The notes under the pieces are model-generated. The model made no database searches and was not told where the DNA came from. It worked only from the letters and a program-made list of their open reading frames with translations. Shown piece by piece: positions 54,032 through 63,197 of a stretch of 64,000 nucleotides of DNA (position 1 is the stretch's first letter; every line of letters begins with the position of its first letter). This DNA is from Chthoniobacterales bacterium (GTDB lineage Bacteria; Verrucomicrobiota; Verrucomicrobiia; Chthoniobacterales; UBA10450). The stretch spans positions 3,016 through 67,015 of the forward strand of contig JBJMXE010000091.1 of the NCBI GenBank assembly GCA_045809745.1, given 5' to 3'. The translations under genes and the position numbers were made by a program.

Positions 54032-54457
54032 CTATTGCCACCGGACAAAGGTCCACACCACGAAGGCAGACACCAACGCCGCAATCGAGGTTACCAGGCC
54101 TAACGAGCGGGACCGGATCCATCCGCTCAACCCGAGGCTGAGCAGGTTTGAGTAGATGCCGAGGCCGAACGACACAAACAGAGTGCGCTGGGCCCAGGGG
54201 AGAAACTCCGGCGCCGCGAATCCCCGGGGCGCGCTCGGGTTCAACACCAGGCCAACGAGCGTGCCCGCAATAACCGCGATCATGAAGGACGCTGATGCCA
54301 CGGCCGCAGCACCCGCCGCCAAACCGACATGTCGCCGCGGACTTTGCGATTGAAGCAGGATTCCGAGGAACGTAGCGGCGAAGCCGCCAAGAAACGCGCT
54401 GACCGAGGCGAGTTGCCTCGCCAGTTCGCCGTAAAATTCCAGATCGCCTGGCTTCAT
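54032..54457 (-). CDS. hypothetical integral membrane protein
   Basis: Four hydrophobic helices. No motif recognised. Confidence 0.5.
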   Translation of the reverse strand: MKPGDLEFYGELARQLASVSAFLGGFAATFLGILLQSQSPRRHVGLAAGAAAVASASFMIAVIAGTLVGLVLNPSAPRGFAAPEFLPWAQRTLFVSFGLGIYSNLLSLGLSGWIRSRSLGLVTSIAALVSAFVVWTFVRWQ

Positions 54458-54560
54458 TCTAACCTGTAGTCGTCGAAATCAGGGAGTCTCCGGGAGGTCG
54501 CTTTTCTTCTTCATAACCCGCGCGACAGGAACCACGGTACAAGCAGCAGCGAAAAAGCCA

Positions 54561-54764
54561 TCACCGCTGTCCCGAGAAATATCCCCAAATCATACCGACG
54601 GCAGCTGCGTAGCGCATCACGGACCCCGCCGCAGCATCCCGAGTAAATAGCGAAGCCACAAATTCGGGCGAGATCAGCGCGACATTACAGGCAAAGATCC
54701 CGCCGATCGCCGACGAGGCGAGAGCGCCGCCAACGATCCAGCTGAAATATTTTAGGAACGTCAT
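54561..54764 (-). CDS. small hypothetical membrane protein
   Basis: Two hydrophobic helices. Its ATG lies 1 nt after the upstream methyltransferase stop (TGA G ATG), which suggests translational coupling. Confidence 0.45.
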   Translation of the reverse strand: MTFLKYFSWIVGGALASSAIGGIFACNVALISPEFVASLFTRDAAAGSVMRYAAAVGMIWGYFSGQR

Positions 54765-54765
54765 C

Positions 54766-55644
54766 TCAGGAATGGGCCGTTCTGCCGGTAACAGCGAAAG
54801 CTTCCGCGGGGAAGCTCATTTTTCCGTTCACGAAATATGGTCTCGCGGCATCGGCTGATGCCCGCTTCACGGCCGCTAATTGAGCAGCAGTAAGTGCGGC
54901 GGTTTTTTCGCGCAGAGTTTGCGACATCTCCGTTCGCAACTGCCAGAATTGGTCAAACGAGATGGCCGCTTCCACGGGGAAAGCCAGGTGACGTTCGATC
55001 ACATCTGTTGCACCGGCGCCTTTCAGTATCTCCGCCAGCTTGCCTGGGACGGCAAAACGGAAAGGATCCGGGGCATCGCTCGCATCTGCGTGTGGTCCCA
55101 CGCATTCCTCGACCAAGTCGGTGATCGCGGAAAAGAAGGGGTTTGCTGCCTCTGAACCCCACACCACAAATGAGACTCTCCCGCCGTCGACAACCACTCT
55201 CAGCGCCTGCCGCAGAGCCGCGGCTGGGTCCGCAAAGAACATCGCGGACAGCCTGCCCACGGCGACGTCGAATGTGCGGTCCGCAAACGGCAGGTCATCG
55301 CCTGAACATTGGGTGAAGGAGATGTTTGTCAGGCCCAGTTCGTTTGCTTCGTTCCGAGCTGTCTCGAGCATCTCGGCTATCGGATCGGTATACATGACTG
55401 ATCCTTTTTCGCCGACGATTCGCGAAATGGTGAGCGATGGCTCTCCTCCGCCGCCTCCAATGTCGAGCACTCGTTGGCCACTTCGGATCCGTGCTTCTTC
55501 GACCAAGAGAGAAGTTAACGGCGCGAACATCTGTGCGATTAGCGGGCGATACTTGTCCCAGTATTGAGCAGACTGTTTCCATCCCTCCATGTTCTCGCTC
55601 TGTTCCTTGGCGCTCATTATTTGCTCAGACGAATTGGTCAGCAC
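54766..55644 (-). CDS. class I SAM-dependent methyltransferase
   Basis: SAM motif VLDIGGGGGEPS and FDVAVGRLSAMFF. An alternative start is ATG 55617. Confidence 0.8.
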   Translation of the reverse strand: MLTNSSEQIMSAKEQSENMEGWKQSAQYWDKYRPLIAQMFAPLTSLLVEEARIRSGQRVLDIGGGGGEPSLTISRIVGEKGSVMYTDPIAEMLETARNEANELGLTNISFTQCSGDDLPFADRTFDVAVGRLSAMFFADPAAALRQALRVVVDGGRVSFVVWGSEAANPFFSAITDLVEECVGPHADASDAPDPFRFAVPGKLAEILKGAGATDVIERHLAFPVEAAISFDQFWQLRTEMSQTLREKTAALTAAQLAAVKRASADAARPYFVNGKMSFPAEAFAVTGRTAHS

Positions 55645-55677
55645 ACAGGACGTCGGATTGCGGCGAGTGCCAGCATT

Positions 55678-57546
55678 TTAGCTGCGACGATCAGCGATAG
55701 CAGAATTGGGCTTCTCCGACCCCGCCGTGTTCGCTGCCTGCTGTTTGATCCATCGCTCCACGCGCTCCTGCAGTAGGTCCAGTGGCATCGCTCCGCCATT
55801 CAGGATCTCGTCGTGAAACGCTTTGATGTCGAACTTTGCTCCGAGCTGCTGTTTCGCTTCGTCCCGCAGCTTGCGGATCGTGAGCTGGCCTATCTTGTAA
55901 GCGAGAGCCTGTCCCGGCCAGGCAATGTAACGGTCTGCCTCAGTCTGGGCCATCGCATCGTTCACGTCATTGGCGTGCATATAATCGATCACCTTTTCGC
56001 GGCTCCAATTCTTATCGTGGATGCCGGTATCCACCACCAGCCTAACGGCGCGGAAGAGTTCGGAGTTCAGCCGTCCGTAATCAGAGACCGGCTCCTGGTA
56101 GAAACCAATCTCTTTACCCAAATCTTCGGCATAAAGTGCCCAGCCTTCCGCGTAGGCGGAATAAAAGCCGTGCAACCGAAATTTTGGAATGTCGGGCAGC
56201 GTCTGGGCGATGCTGATCTGCATGTGATGGCCCGGCACACCTTCATGATAAGCGACGGCTTCGTCATCAACCAGAGTACGCTTCGTCGGGTCAGCCACCG
56301 CCACCACCACGCGCCCCGCTCTTTTGCCGTCGGGTGTGCCGGCGACGTAATGCGTTGCCGCGGCTTTGTTGAAGTCAGGGATCGGTTCAACTGTCACCGG
56401 CGCCTTCGGCAGAAGTCCGAACAATTGCGGCAGCTTCGGCTCCATTTGGTGAATGTATTTCTCGAAATCTTCAACGATCTGCCGTTCGCTTTTGGGCTTC
56501 CACTTCGGATCGCCGTTGATGGCTGCGCGGAACGTGGCGAGATCCTTCTGTCCATTCGCCTGCGCTAGTTTCGTCATCTCGCCGGTGATGCGCTCGACCT
56601 CCTTTAATCCAATCTCGTGGACCTCGGCGGGGGTTACGTTGATCGTGGTCATCGTTTTCACCGCTTCGGCGTAGCGACGCTTGCCGTCCGCCAGACTCTC
56701 GATCGAGAGATCCTTACGTCCTTTCGCGTCGTACTCGGTCCGCAGAAACTCGGCGAACTTTCGGTAGGCCGGGAAAACCTCATCGTTAACCGTCTTTGTA
56801 ATCTCGTCGGTTAGGCGTTTTTTATTTTCCTCTGAAAAGTCCGCCGGGAATTTTTTGAGAGGCAGAAGGAACGGGTTCGCAGCGATAATTCCGTCGCATT
56901 GTCCGGGCAGCTTATCGAGCACCAGTTCCGGCGGCATCAGTTTGTCTTTTTCGCCCTGCCGCAGCACCTCCGTTGTCTGATCGAGCGCCCGGGGGATTTG
57001 ATGCAGCCGTGAAATGTAATCCTGGTAGTGCGCCACCGAATCGAACGGCACGCTGAGCGGCATGTCGGCGAGTCCGGTGTGCACACCCCGCTGCTGGTTT
57101 ATCGGCATCTCGTAGTTTTTGAGATCGTAGTTTACGTCCTCACGTTCCAGTTGACGCTGCATGAGCTGATGACTCAGCAGGTCCTTCTCGCTCATTCCAT
57201 CCGTCGGGATGGCTTTGAGGCGTTTTAAAAACTCATCGGCTTCGGCGTGCTGGCGCTCGATTTCCTTGAGTGAGTACTGCGCCAGCAGCCCGTTGTAGCG
57301 GTAGTCACCAAACGATGTTGCTCGCTCGGGTGCATTCTTCAGTCCCGTCTCATAAAATTCATCGAACAATGCATTCTGTTTGGCCACGCGCTCTTCCAGA
57401 GGCGCCGGTTGGGTGAAGCCGGAAAACGGGACGGCTATAATGAATGCCCAGACGAGGGAGCTGGTTCGGTAGCCGCGACATGGACGGGAAGCAGTTGGCG
57501 CTGCCGGTCTGAGCGTCGGCCTGCGCCGATAATCGATTTTTCGCAT
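55678..57546 (-). CDS. DUF885-family protein (putative metallopeptidase-like)
   Basis: HEGVPGHHMQ motif, the length, and a signal-anchor N-terminus are all typical of DUF885. Confidence 0.8.
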   Translation of the reverse strand: MRKIDYRRRPTLRPAAPTASRPCRGYRTSSLVWAFIIAVPFSGFTQPAPLEERVAKQNALFDEFYETGLKNAPERATSFGDYRYNGLLAQYSLKEIERQHAEADEFLKRLKAIPTDGMSEKDLLSHQLMQRQLEREDVNYDLKNYEMPINQQRGVHTGLADMPLSVPFDSVAHYQDYISRLHQIPRALDQTTEVLRQGEKDKLMPPELVLDKLPGQCDGIIAANPFLLPLKKFPADFSEENKKRLTDEITKTVNDEVFPAYRKFAEFLRTEYDAKGRKDLSIESLADGKRRYAEAVKTMTTINVTPAEVHEIGLKEVERITGEMTKLAQANGQKDLATFRAAINGDPKWKPKSERQIVEDFEKYIHQMEPKLPQLFGLLPKAPVTVEPIPDFNKAAATHYVAGTPDGKRAGRVVVAVADPTKRTLVDDEAVAYHEGVPGHHMQISIAQTLPDIPKFRLHGFYSAYAEGWALYAEDLGKEIGFYQEPVSDYGRLNSELFRAVRLVVDTGIHDKNWSREKVIDYMHANDVNDAMAQTEADRYIAWPGQALAYKIGQLTIRKLRDEAKQQLGAKFDIKAFHDEILNGGAMPLDLLQERVERWIKQQAANTAGSEKPNSAIADRRS

Positions 57547-57625
57547 ATATCCATGCTAGCAGAGTTCCTCAGACGCGCATGACGTCAGCGGTAGGAGCTC
57601 CGTCGGTTGATCAGCAGGGCAGTTA

Positions 57626-60040
57626 TCACTCTTCCCGCATCAGTTCGGTCGGATCGACGGCAAGGGCTCGCAATGCCGGGATAGCGGAGGCGGCAATGCC
57701 GAGCAGCGCCATCGTTAGTACCGCCCCGATCACCACCGTAGGCTCCCGTGAATTCGCCTGATACACTATTTGTCCGAGTATCCGACCGGCGAAGAAGCCT
57801 AACAACACTCCCACCAACGATCCTGTGCCGAGAAGCATGATCGGTCTTCCGACAGCTGCCCTAATCACGTGCTTTGCGCGGGCGCCAAGTGCAACACGGA
57901 TACCGAGCTCCTTCATTCTTCGACTTACGTTGTAAGCCGCCATGCCGAAGATGCCGGTTACCGCCAGCATCGCGGCCAGCCCTCCCATGATACCCATTGC
58001 TGTTGTCGATGCGCGTGCGGGGAATAGCGCGTTCACCCCGCTGAGCACATCCTCCCACCTCTGCACCGTGACGATCGCATTCGGCTCCAGCGAAGTCAGG
58101 GTGCGTTCAAGCGTTGGCGCGAATTCGTTCTCCGGGCGTGGCGATCGGACGACAAACATGATTGAGCTCCGCTCGTTCTGCGCCAACGGCAGAAACACCG
58201 CCGGCTGGGCTGGCTCCAGCATGTTGTGATACTTGCCGTCCTCCACCACGCCGATCACTTCCGTTAATCGCTCGGAGACGATGAACCGCTGTCCGATCGC
58301 CGCCGCTTCGCCCCACATCTTCCGCGCGAAGGTCTGATTCACCACCGCGACGTGTGGTTTCTCGCTGTTATCATGCCAGGAGACATCGCGGCCGTTCAGG
58401 AGCCGCGTGCCGGCAGCCTCGAAGTATCCGGGCGATATGGTGAAGACATACGGCGAAAGGACAGCATTGTTCGGCGTCAACTCTGTCGTCCCAGGCGCGA
58501 ATATCGGAATGCCACGCAATCCTCCGTTGAAGGGCCCCCGGCTGACCGTGCCCACCGCCGTCACGCCAGAAATGTTTCGCAGCGCGTCGATCATTGCTCG
58601 CTTTCTGTCAAGCGGCACGTCGCCCGCCACCTCAGTTAGGTCCAGGTCGGCCAGCAAGGCGCCTTGCGGTTGGAAACCTAGCGGAGCGTGCAGCATGCGC
58701 ACCATCCCGCGAAGGGCGACGAACGAGGCCATGACCAGCAGCGTGCAAAGTGCAATCTGAGCGCCTAACAACAGGTCCCGCAGGGCGAGCCGGCGCATGG
58801 GCGTGGCACCGACCGATCCGCTCTTCATCGCCTGCAACGGGCTGGTCTGCCAGACGTGCCGCGCCGGGATCAGGCCGAACAGCAGCCCGCTGGTGATAGT
58901 TAAGATCAGGGCCGCCAGGTAGACACTGGCATCCGCACTCACTGCGGTACGGCCATACGGGGACTGCCATTGGTTCAGCAACCCTAACAGCACGCGTGCC
59001 GCCAATAGCCCCGCGGCTCCGCCGATCAGCGACACCACCATTGCCTCCGTCATGAGCTGTCGCACAACCCGCCAACGGCTCGCCCCGATGGCAACACGCA
59101 ACGCGAGCTCCCTGCTCCGATCCGCCGCGCGCGCGGCAAAAAGGCTCGCCAGATTAGCGCATGCCGCAGCCAGCACCAGCAGAGCGAATCCGGTGATGCT
59201 CCAAAGAAATCCGCGAATGACGTCACCGTTGTCGGCGAAGAGGCCGGGCCGGACCAGTCGCAGCGGCATTCCCGTATCTGTCTTCGGATGCTCCAGTGCT
59301 AACTGCGCGGCGATTGTGCTGAGATTTTCCGCAGCCTGTTCGGGCGTGACGCTGGGCTTCAGCCGTCCAAGAACCGTTAGGGCGTTCGATGTCCGGCTCT
59401 GCAGAGACTCCGGCCCGAAGTAATTCACGATCGGAATCCAAAAGTCGGGCCACTCGAATTTGTCGGTGCCATGGAACCTCGCCGGCGCGACGCCGATTAT
59501 GGTGAAGGAATCTTTGCCGAGGGTGACGGCGGTGCCGACGACGCCCGGATCTGCGTTGAAGACGCTTTGCCACAGCTGATGACTCAAGACCAAGTACGGC
59601 GCCGAACCCGTGCCATGCTCGTCCGCCTCGTCGATGAACCGTCCGACCTCCGCTGGCACACCCAACAGTTCGAAATAATTGCCGGTTACCGCGTGACCGT
59701 AGACACTTTTCACGGTGCTGCCCCAGTGCAGTCTCGCCTGACAATATCCGTAAAAGCCGGCCATGCGGCTGAAGGTGGTGTTACGCTGCCGAATGTCTTG
59801 AAACGCCGGATAGGACGTCGTCAGCAGCTTGAAACTTGTCCACGGCTGGAGCCGAAGTTGGTAAAGGTTGTCTGGATCCTTTACGTCGACGGGACGCAGC
59901 AGCACCGCATTCAGCACTCCGAACACGACGATGTTCGCGCCAATCGCCAGCATCAAAGTGAGCACCGCTACCACAGTGAATGCCGGAGATTTCCACAAGA
60001 CGCGCAGCGCATAACGAATGTCGAGCAGCAGGTCGTTCAT
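57626..60040 (-). CDS. duplicated FtsX/MacB-type ABC permease (ADOP-like orphan permease)
   Basis: The N-terminus is DIRYALRVLWKSPAFTVVAVLTLMLAIGAN. Two permease halves each have a periplasmic domain plus a 4-TM FtsX module. There is no adjacent ATPase gene. Confidence 0.85.
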   Translation of the reverse strand: MNDLLLDIRYALRVLWKSPAFTVVAVLTLMLAIGANIVVFGVLNAVLLRPVDVKDPDNLYQLRLQPWTSFKLLTTSYPAFQDIRQRNTTFSRMAGFYGYCQARLHWGSTVKSVYGHAVTGNYFELLGVPAEVGRFIDEADEHGTGSAPYLVLSHQLWQSVFNADPGVVGTAVTLGKDSFTIIGVAPARFHGTDKFEWPDFWIPIVNYFGPESLQSRTSNALTVLGRLKPSVTPEQAAENLSTIAAQLALEHPKTDTGMPLRLVRPGLFADNGDVIRGFLWSITGFALLVLAAACANLASLFAARAADRSRELALRVAIGASRWRVVRQLMTEAMVVSLIGGAAGLLAARVLLGLLNQWQSPYGRTAVSADASVYLAALILTITSGLLFGLIPARHVWQTSPLQAMKSGSVGATPMRRLALRDLLLGAQIALCTLLVMASFVALRGMVRMLHAPLGFQPQGALLADLDLTEVAGDVPLDRKRAMIDALRNISGVTAVGTVSRGPFNGGLRGIPIFAPGTTELTPNNAVLSPYVFTISPGYFEAAGTRLLNGRDVSWHDNSEKPHVAVVNQTFARKMWGEAAAIGQRFIVSERLTEVIGVVEDGKYHNMLEPAQPAVFLPLAQNERSSIMFVVRSPRPENEFAPTLERTLTSLEPNAIVTVQRWEDVLSGVNALFPARASTTAMGIMGGLAAMLAVTGIFGMAAYNVSRRMKELGIRVALGARAKHVIRAAVGRPIMLLGTGSLVGVLLGFFAGRILGQIVYQANSREPTVVIGAVLTMALLGIAASAIPALRALAVDPTELMREE

Positions 60041-60126
60041 GAATGAGAATCAGCGATGGCTAGTCGTAAACTGCGAATTGACGACCCTGATAGGCTCATT
60101 TGGAAATCTCAGCCGAACAAACATTT

Positions 60127-60624
60127 ATGTCGCTCGAACAATTATCTTACCTCGCGCAAATCGTTGGCTCGGCCGGAATCATTATATCGTTCGTGTTCGT
60201 CGGTCTACAGATCAGACAGAATACCGCTGCGCTTCAGCGTAACGAACATAATTCGACGATGCGCGAATGGACGGTGATCCGGATGGGAATTGCCGGAAAC
60301 CGCGACCTTGCCGAGTTGATGACTGCCGGACTTCGGGGCGAGAGCGTCCTGGATCCGGCCGATCAACTGCGGCTGGAAATGTTTCTGAATGAACAGACTT
60401 GGGCGGCTTTTCACATCTGGGACAGAACGCAGCGCGGAGTTTTCCCGAAAGGCACGTTCGAGTTCTCGACTGGAAAGTACCTCGCGGATATTTTCCGAAC
60501 ACCGCGCGGCGAAACCTGGTGGCGAAGCGCAAAGACCACCGCTTTTCCTCCGCCGTTCGTCGCAGATGTCGATGCCGTGGTCGCGGGTGTGGCCTCGCCA
60601 ATTCCGTCAATGAACGCGGACTAG
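60127..60624 (+). CDS. hypothetical membrane-anchored protein
   Basis: ORF 60100..60624. ATG 60127 precedes one TM helix (LAQIVGSAGIIISFVFVGL). Confidence 0.45.
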   Translation: MSLEQLSYLAQIVGSAGIIISFVFVGLQIRQNTAALQRNEHNSTMREWTVIRMGIAGNRDLAELMTAGLRGESVLDPADQLRLEMFLNEQTWAAFHIWDRTQRGVFPKGTFEFSTGKYLADIFRTPRGETWWRSAKTTAFPPPFVADVDAVVAGVASPIPSMNAD

Positions 60625-60699
60625 AACTTCGACAACTCTAATGGGCCGCATCGCGCATCGACGAACGTCGGGCTTCTCCCTACGTCTCATTGGTGATCG

Positions 60700-61077
60700 T
60701 TATTTGTCGTCCTGCACTTCAACAACCATCAACTCGATAGGGTGATCGCCTGCATTTACGTCGGTATGCATGGTGTTCGGAGGATTAGCGGGTAACCAGT
60801 AAGCTTTTCCGGTCTCCCACACGTGGGTTTCGGATGCGCCGGATTGATCCACGATCTTCATCGTGCCGCCCTGGAGAGCAACGATCACGCGGCCATGGTC
60901 ATGACGATGCAATGACAACGGCGCATTCGGAACAATGGTGGATTTCCAAACTTTCACATGCGCATTCTCCAATTGAGGAAGGCGCTGCGTGGCAGAGGGC
61001 GTAACGGAGGACCGCACCCCTGAGGCGGCGACGACAAGAGCAATACCAACAGAGCTAAGAGTGATCGTGCGATTCAT
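60700..61077 (-). CDS. secreted cupin-domain protein
   Basis: Signal peptide, then cupin motifs LHRHDHGRVIVALQGG and HTDVNAGDHP. Confidence 0.65.
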   Translation of the reverse strand: MNRTITLSSVGIALVVAASGVRSSVTPSATQRLPQLENAHVKVWKSTIVPNAPLSLHRHDHGRVIVALQGGTMKIVDQSGASETHVWETGKAYWLPANPPNTMHTDVNAGDHPIELMVVEVQDDK

Positions 61078-61134
61078 GATGTTTCCTTCGATTGTTCTCT
61101 TACGGGGATTTCCGGCAAAATTTACCTCTGCCCT

Positions 61135-61617
61135 CTACGCCAGCTTGGCGAAACCCGCACCCAGTGACGTGATTTGGGCCAGTGCTGCGGAACCAGCAGT
61201 GGCGATTTCGAAATCCTGAAACTCGAATCCGGGAGCGACCGTGCATCCGACCAGGCTAAATGCGCCGAGCGGCCTGGCCGCCTGCCAACATCCGGCCGGG
61301 ATCACGCAAACGGAACGACCATTCGAAGTACTAGTTCCGAGCACCTCGTGGCGTGGCTGGCCGTGACCGTCGATCCAGTAAAGTTCAAGTGGATCACCTT
61401 CATAAAAGTGCCAGACCTCATCGGAGGCAACCCGGTGCCAGCGGCTGTGCTGGCCTTTTCCCAGCATGAAGTAGATGGTCGTTAGCGCCGAACGCGCTGA
61501 TCTCTCGTCCAATGGCTGTACTTCCCGCGAAGATCGGAAAATCTCACGAAAGTATCCTCCTTCGGGATGGGGTTGCAGATCGAGATCGCTGATCAGTTTG
61601 CTGGCGCGGTCATGCAT
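61135..61617 (-). CDS. DUF985 cupin protein
   Basis: The N-terminus LQPHPEGGYFREIFRS and WHRVASDEVWHFYEGDPL are typical of DUF985. Confidence 0.75.
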   Translation of the reverse strand: MHDRASKLISDLDLQPHPEGGYFREIFRSSREVQPLDERSARSALTTIYFMLGKGQHSRWHRVASDEVWHFYEGDPLELYWIDGHGQPRHEVLGTSTSNGRSVCVIPAGCWQAARPLGAFSLVGCTVAPGFEFQDFEIATAGSAALAQITSLGAGFAKLA

Positions 61618-61755
61618 CTTCTTGTTGCACCATTAAGAAAAAACACCGGTTCACGGCTAACGTTGACAGGTTACACCTCCGCGATCGAATTCTAAACCGA
61701 GCAATCGGCCGAAATCATCAAATCGCTGAACCATCCAGATGGTGTAGGCTCATGT

Positions 61756-62580
61756 GTGAAGTTATCCATTGCCGACAAGCGGAAAGGATTTCGGAAACTA
61801 CATGAATCGGGTTGCTTTGTGTTGCCAAACCCCTGGGATATCGGCAGTGCGCGTTATCTGGCTTCGTTAGGCTTCAAAGCGATCGCCAGCACATCTGCGG
61901 GATTCGCGTTCTCCCGCGGTTTGCCTGATAACGCGGTCGGTCGCGACGCGGTGCTCGCTCATCTACGGGAACTCGTCGCGTCAACAGATCTGCCGGTAAA
62001 TGCTGATTTCGAGAACGGATTTGCCGACGATCCAGAGGAGCTTGCTGAAAACGTGCGGCTGGCGATTGAGACCGGCATCGCTGGACTTTCGATTGAAGAT
62101 TCCACCGGAAAATCGGCCGATCCGTTGTACACAATTGAGCATGGTACGAATCGAATTCGAACTGCCCGGCGAGCGATCGATAAGAGCGGATCGGATGTCG
62201 TTCTGGTAGGTCGCGCTGAATGTTACCTGGTGGGTACGGAGGATATATCCGAGACGACGCGCCGACTGAAAGCGTATGCCGAGGCCGGGGCCGATTGCCT
62301 TTACGCCCCTGGCATCGACAGCCTCGAACAAGTGGCCGCAATCGTGGACGCCGTGGAACCGAAACCGGTAAACGTCCTGATCAGCGGTCCCGGCAGCCTG
62401 ACGATTGCAGATGTTGCGGGCGTTGGAGTGAGGCGCGTCAGTGTTGGTGGCGCGCTGGCCCGCGCCGCATGGGGAGGATTTATTCGCGCCGCGAAAGAGC
62501 TGGCGGAGCAGGGGACGTTTGGCGGGTTTGCCGGGGCGGCTGGCCACGGGGAGTTAACCAGTTTTTTTCGGAAGCAGTGA
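61756..62580 (+). CDS. isocitrate lyase / PEP mutase superfamily enzyme (2-methylisocitrate lyase-like)
   Basis: GTG start. Motifs LPNPWDIGSARYLASLGFKAIASTSAG and GLSIEDS are present. Confidence 0.8.
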   Translation: MKLSIADKRKGFRKLHESGCFVLPNPWDIGSARYLASLGFKAIASTSAGFAFSRGLPDNAVGRDAVLAHLRELVASTDLPVNADFENGFADDPEELAENVRLAIETGIAGLSIEDSTGKSADPLYTIEHGTNRIRTARRAIDKSGSDVVLVGRAECYLVGTEDISETTRRLKAYAEAGADCLYAPGIDSLEQVAAIVDAVEPKPVNVLISGPGSLTIADVAGVGVRRVSVGGALARAAWGGFIRAAKELAEQGTFGGFAGAAGHGELTSFFRKQ

Positions 62581-62668
62581 TGCGGAGACAACGATGGCGA
62601 GCACGAGAACGATTACGACTACGAGCACTAACGGGAGGCGATCAGGATCAGGATAGGAGGAGAGGAAT

Positions 62669-63137
62669 ATGGCAGCGCGGAACAGTGATGTTGAATCTAT
62701 CGATGCGATTATTACCGCCGCTTATGAAGCGGTGTCTGGTAAAGCCGGCGAAAAGCGCGATTGGGATCGGTCACGCGCCTTATTCGCGCCCGGGGCGCGG
62801 CTGATCCCCACCAGCAAACAGGCGGGTGTCAACGTACCTGATAGCGAACCGCCACAGCCGCTCGACGTGGAAGGTTATATTGCGCGAGTCAGCGGATTTT
62901 TTTGAGCAGGTTGGCTTTTACGAGCAGGAAGTGGCGCGACGGACGGAGCAATTCGGCCGGATTGCTCACGTGTTCAGCACATATGATTCACGCCATGATC
63001 CTTCCGATTCGGAGCCGTTCATGCGAGGAATTAACAGCATTCAGCTGTATCACGACGGCGAGAGGTGGTGGATCATTTCGATCTACTGGCAGCAGGAGAA
63101 CCGGGAGACGCCGATTCCGGAGAAGTATCTTCGGTAG
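62669..63137 (+). pseudogene. NTF2-fold protein gene split by a 1-nt frameshift in a T7 run
   Basis: ORF 62669..62905 ends ...[15 protein letters not shown] 62826..63137 (frame +1) continues ..[12 protein letters not shown].... Both read through the same T7 run at 62897..62903. Removing one T gives one continuous ~155-aa protein. Confidence 0.65.
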
Positions 63138-63172
63138 ATTCACGCAGTTAGGCCATCTCGGCTGCGCGGCCA

Positions 63173-63197
63173 TTGTAGGGCGTCTGTGTCAGACGCC
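63173..63197 (+). repeat. GTAG-headed REP-like hairpin (class GGCGTCTG)
   Basis: TTGTAGGGCGTCTGTGTCAGACGCC is identical to the reverse complement of 31600..31624. Confidence 0.8.

Noticed and set aside
57578-57585. TGACGTCA palindrome upstream of the ADOP permease as a regulator site.
   Set aside because: An isolated 8-bp palindrome is expected by chance, and no second half-site or recurrence was seen.
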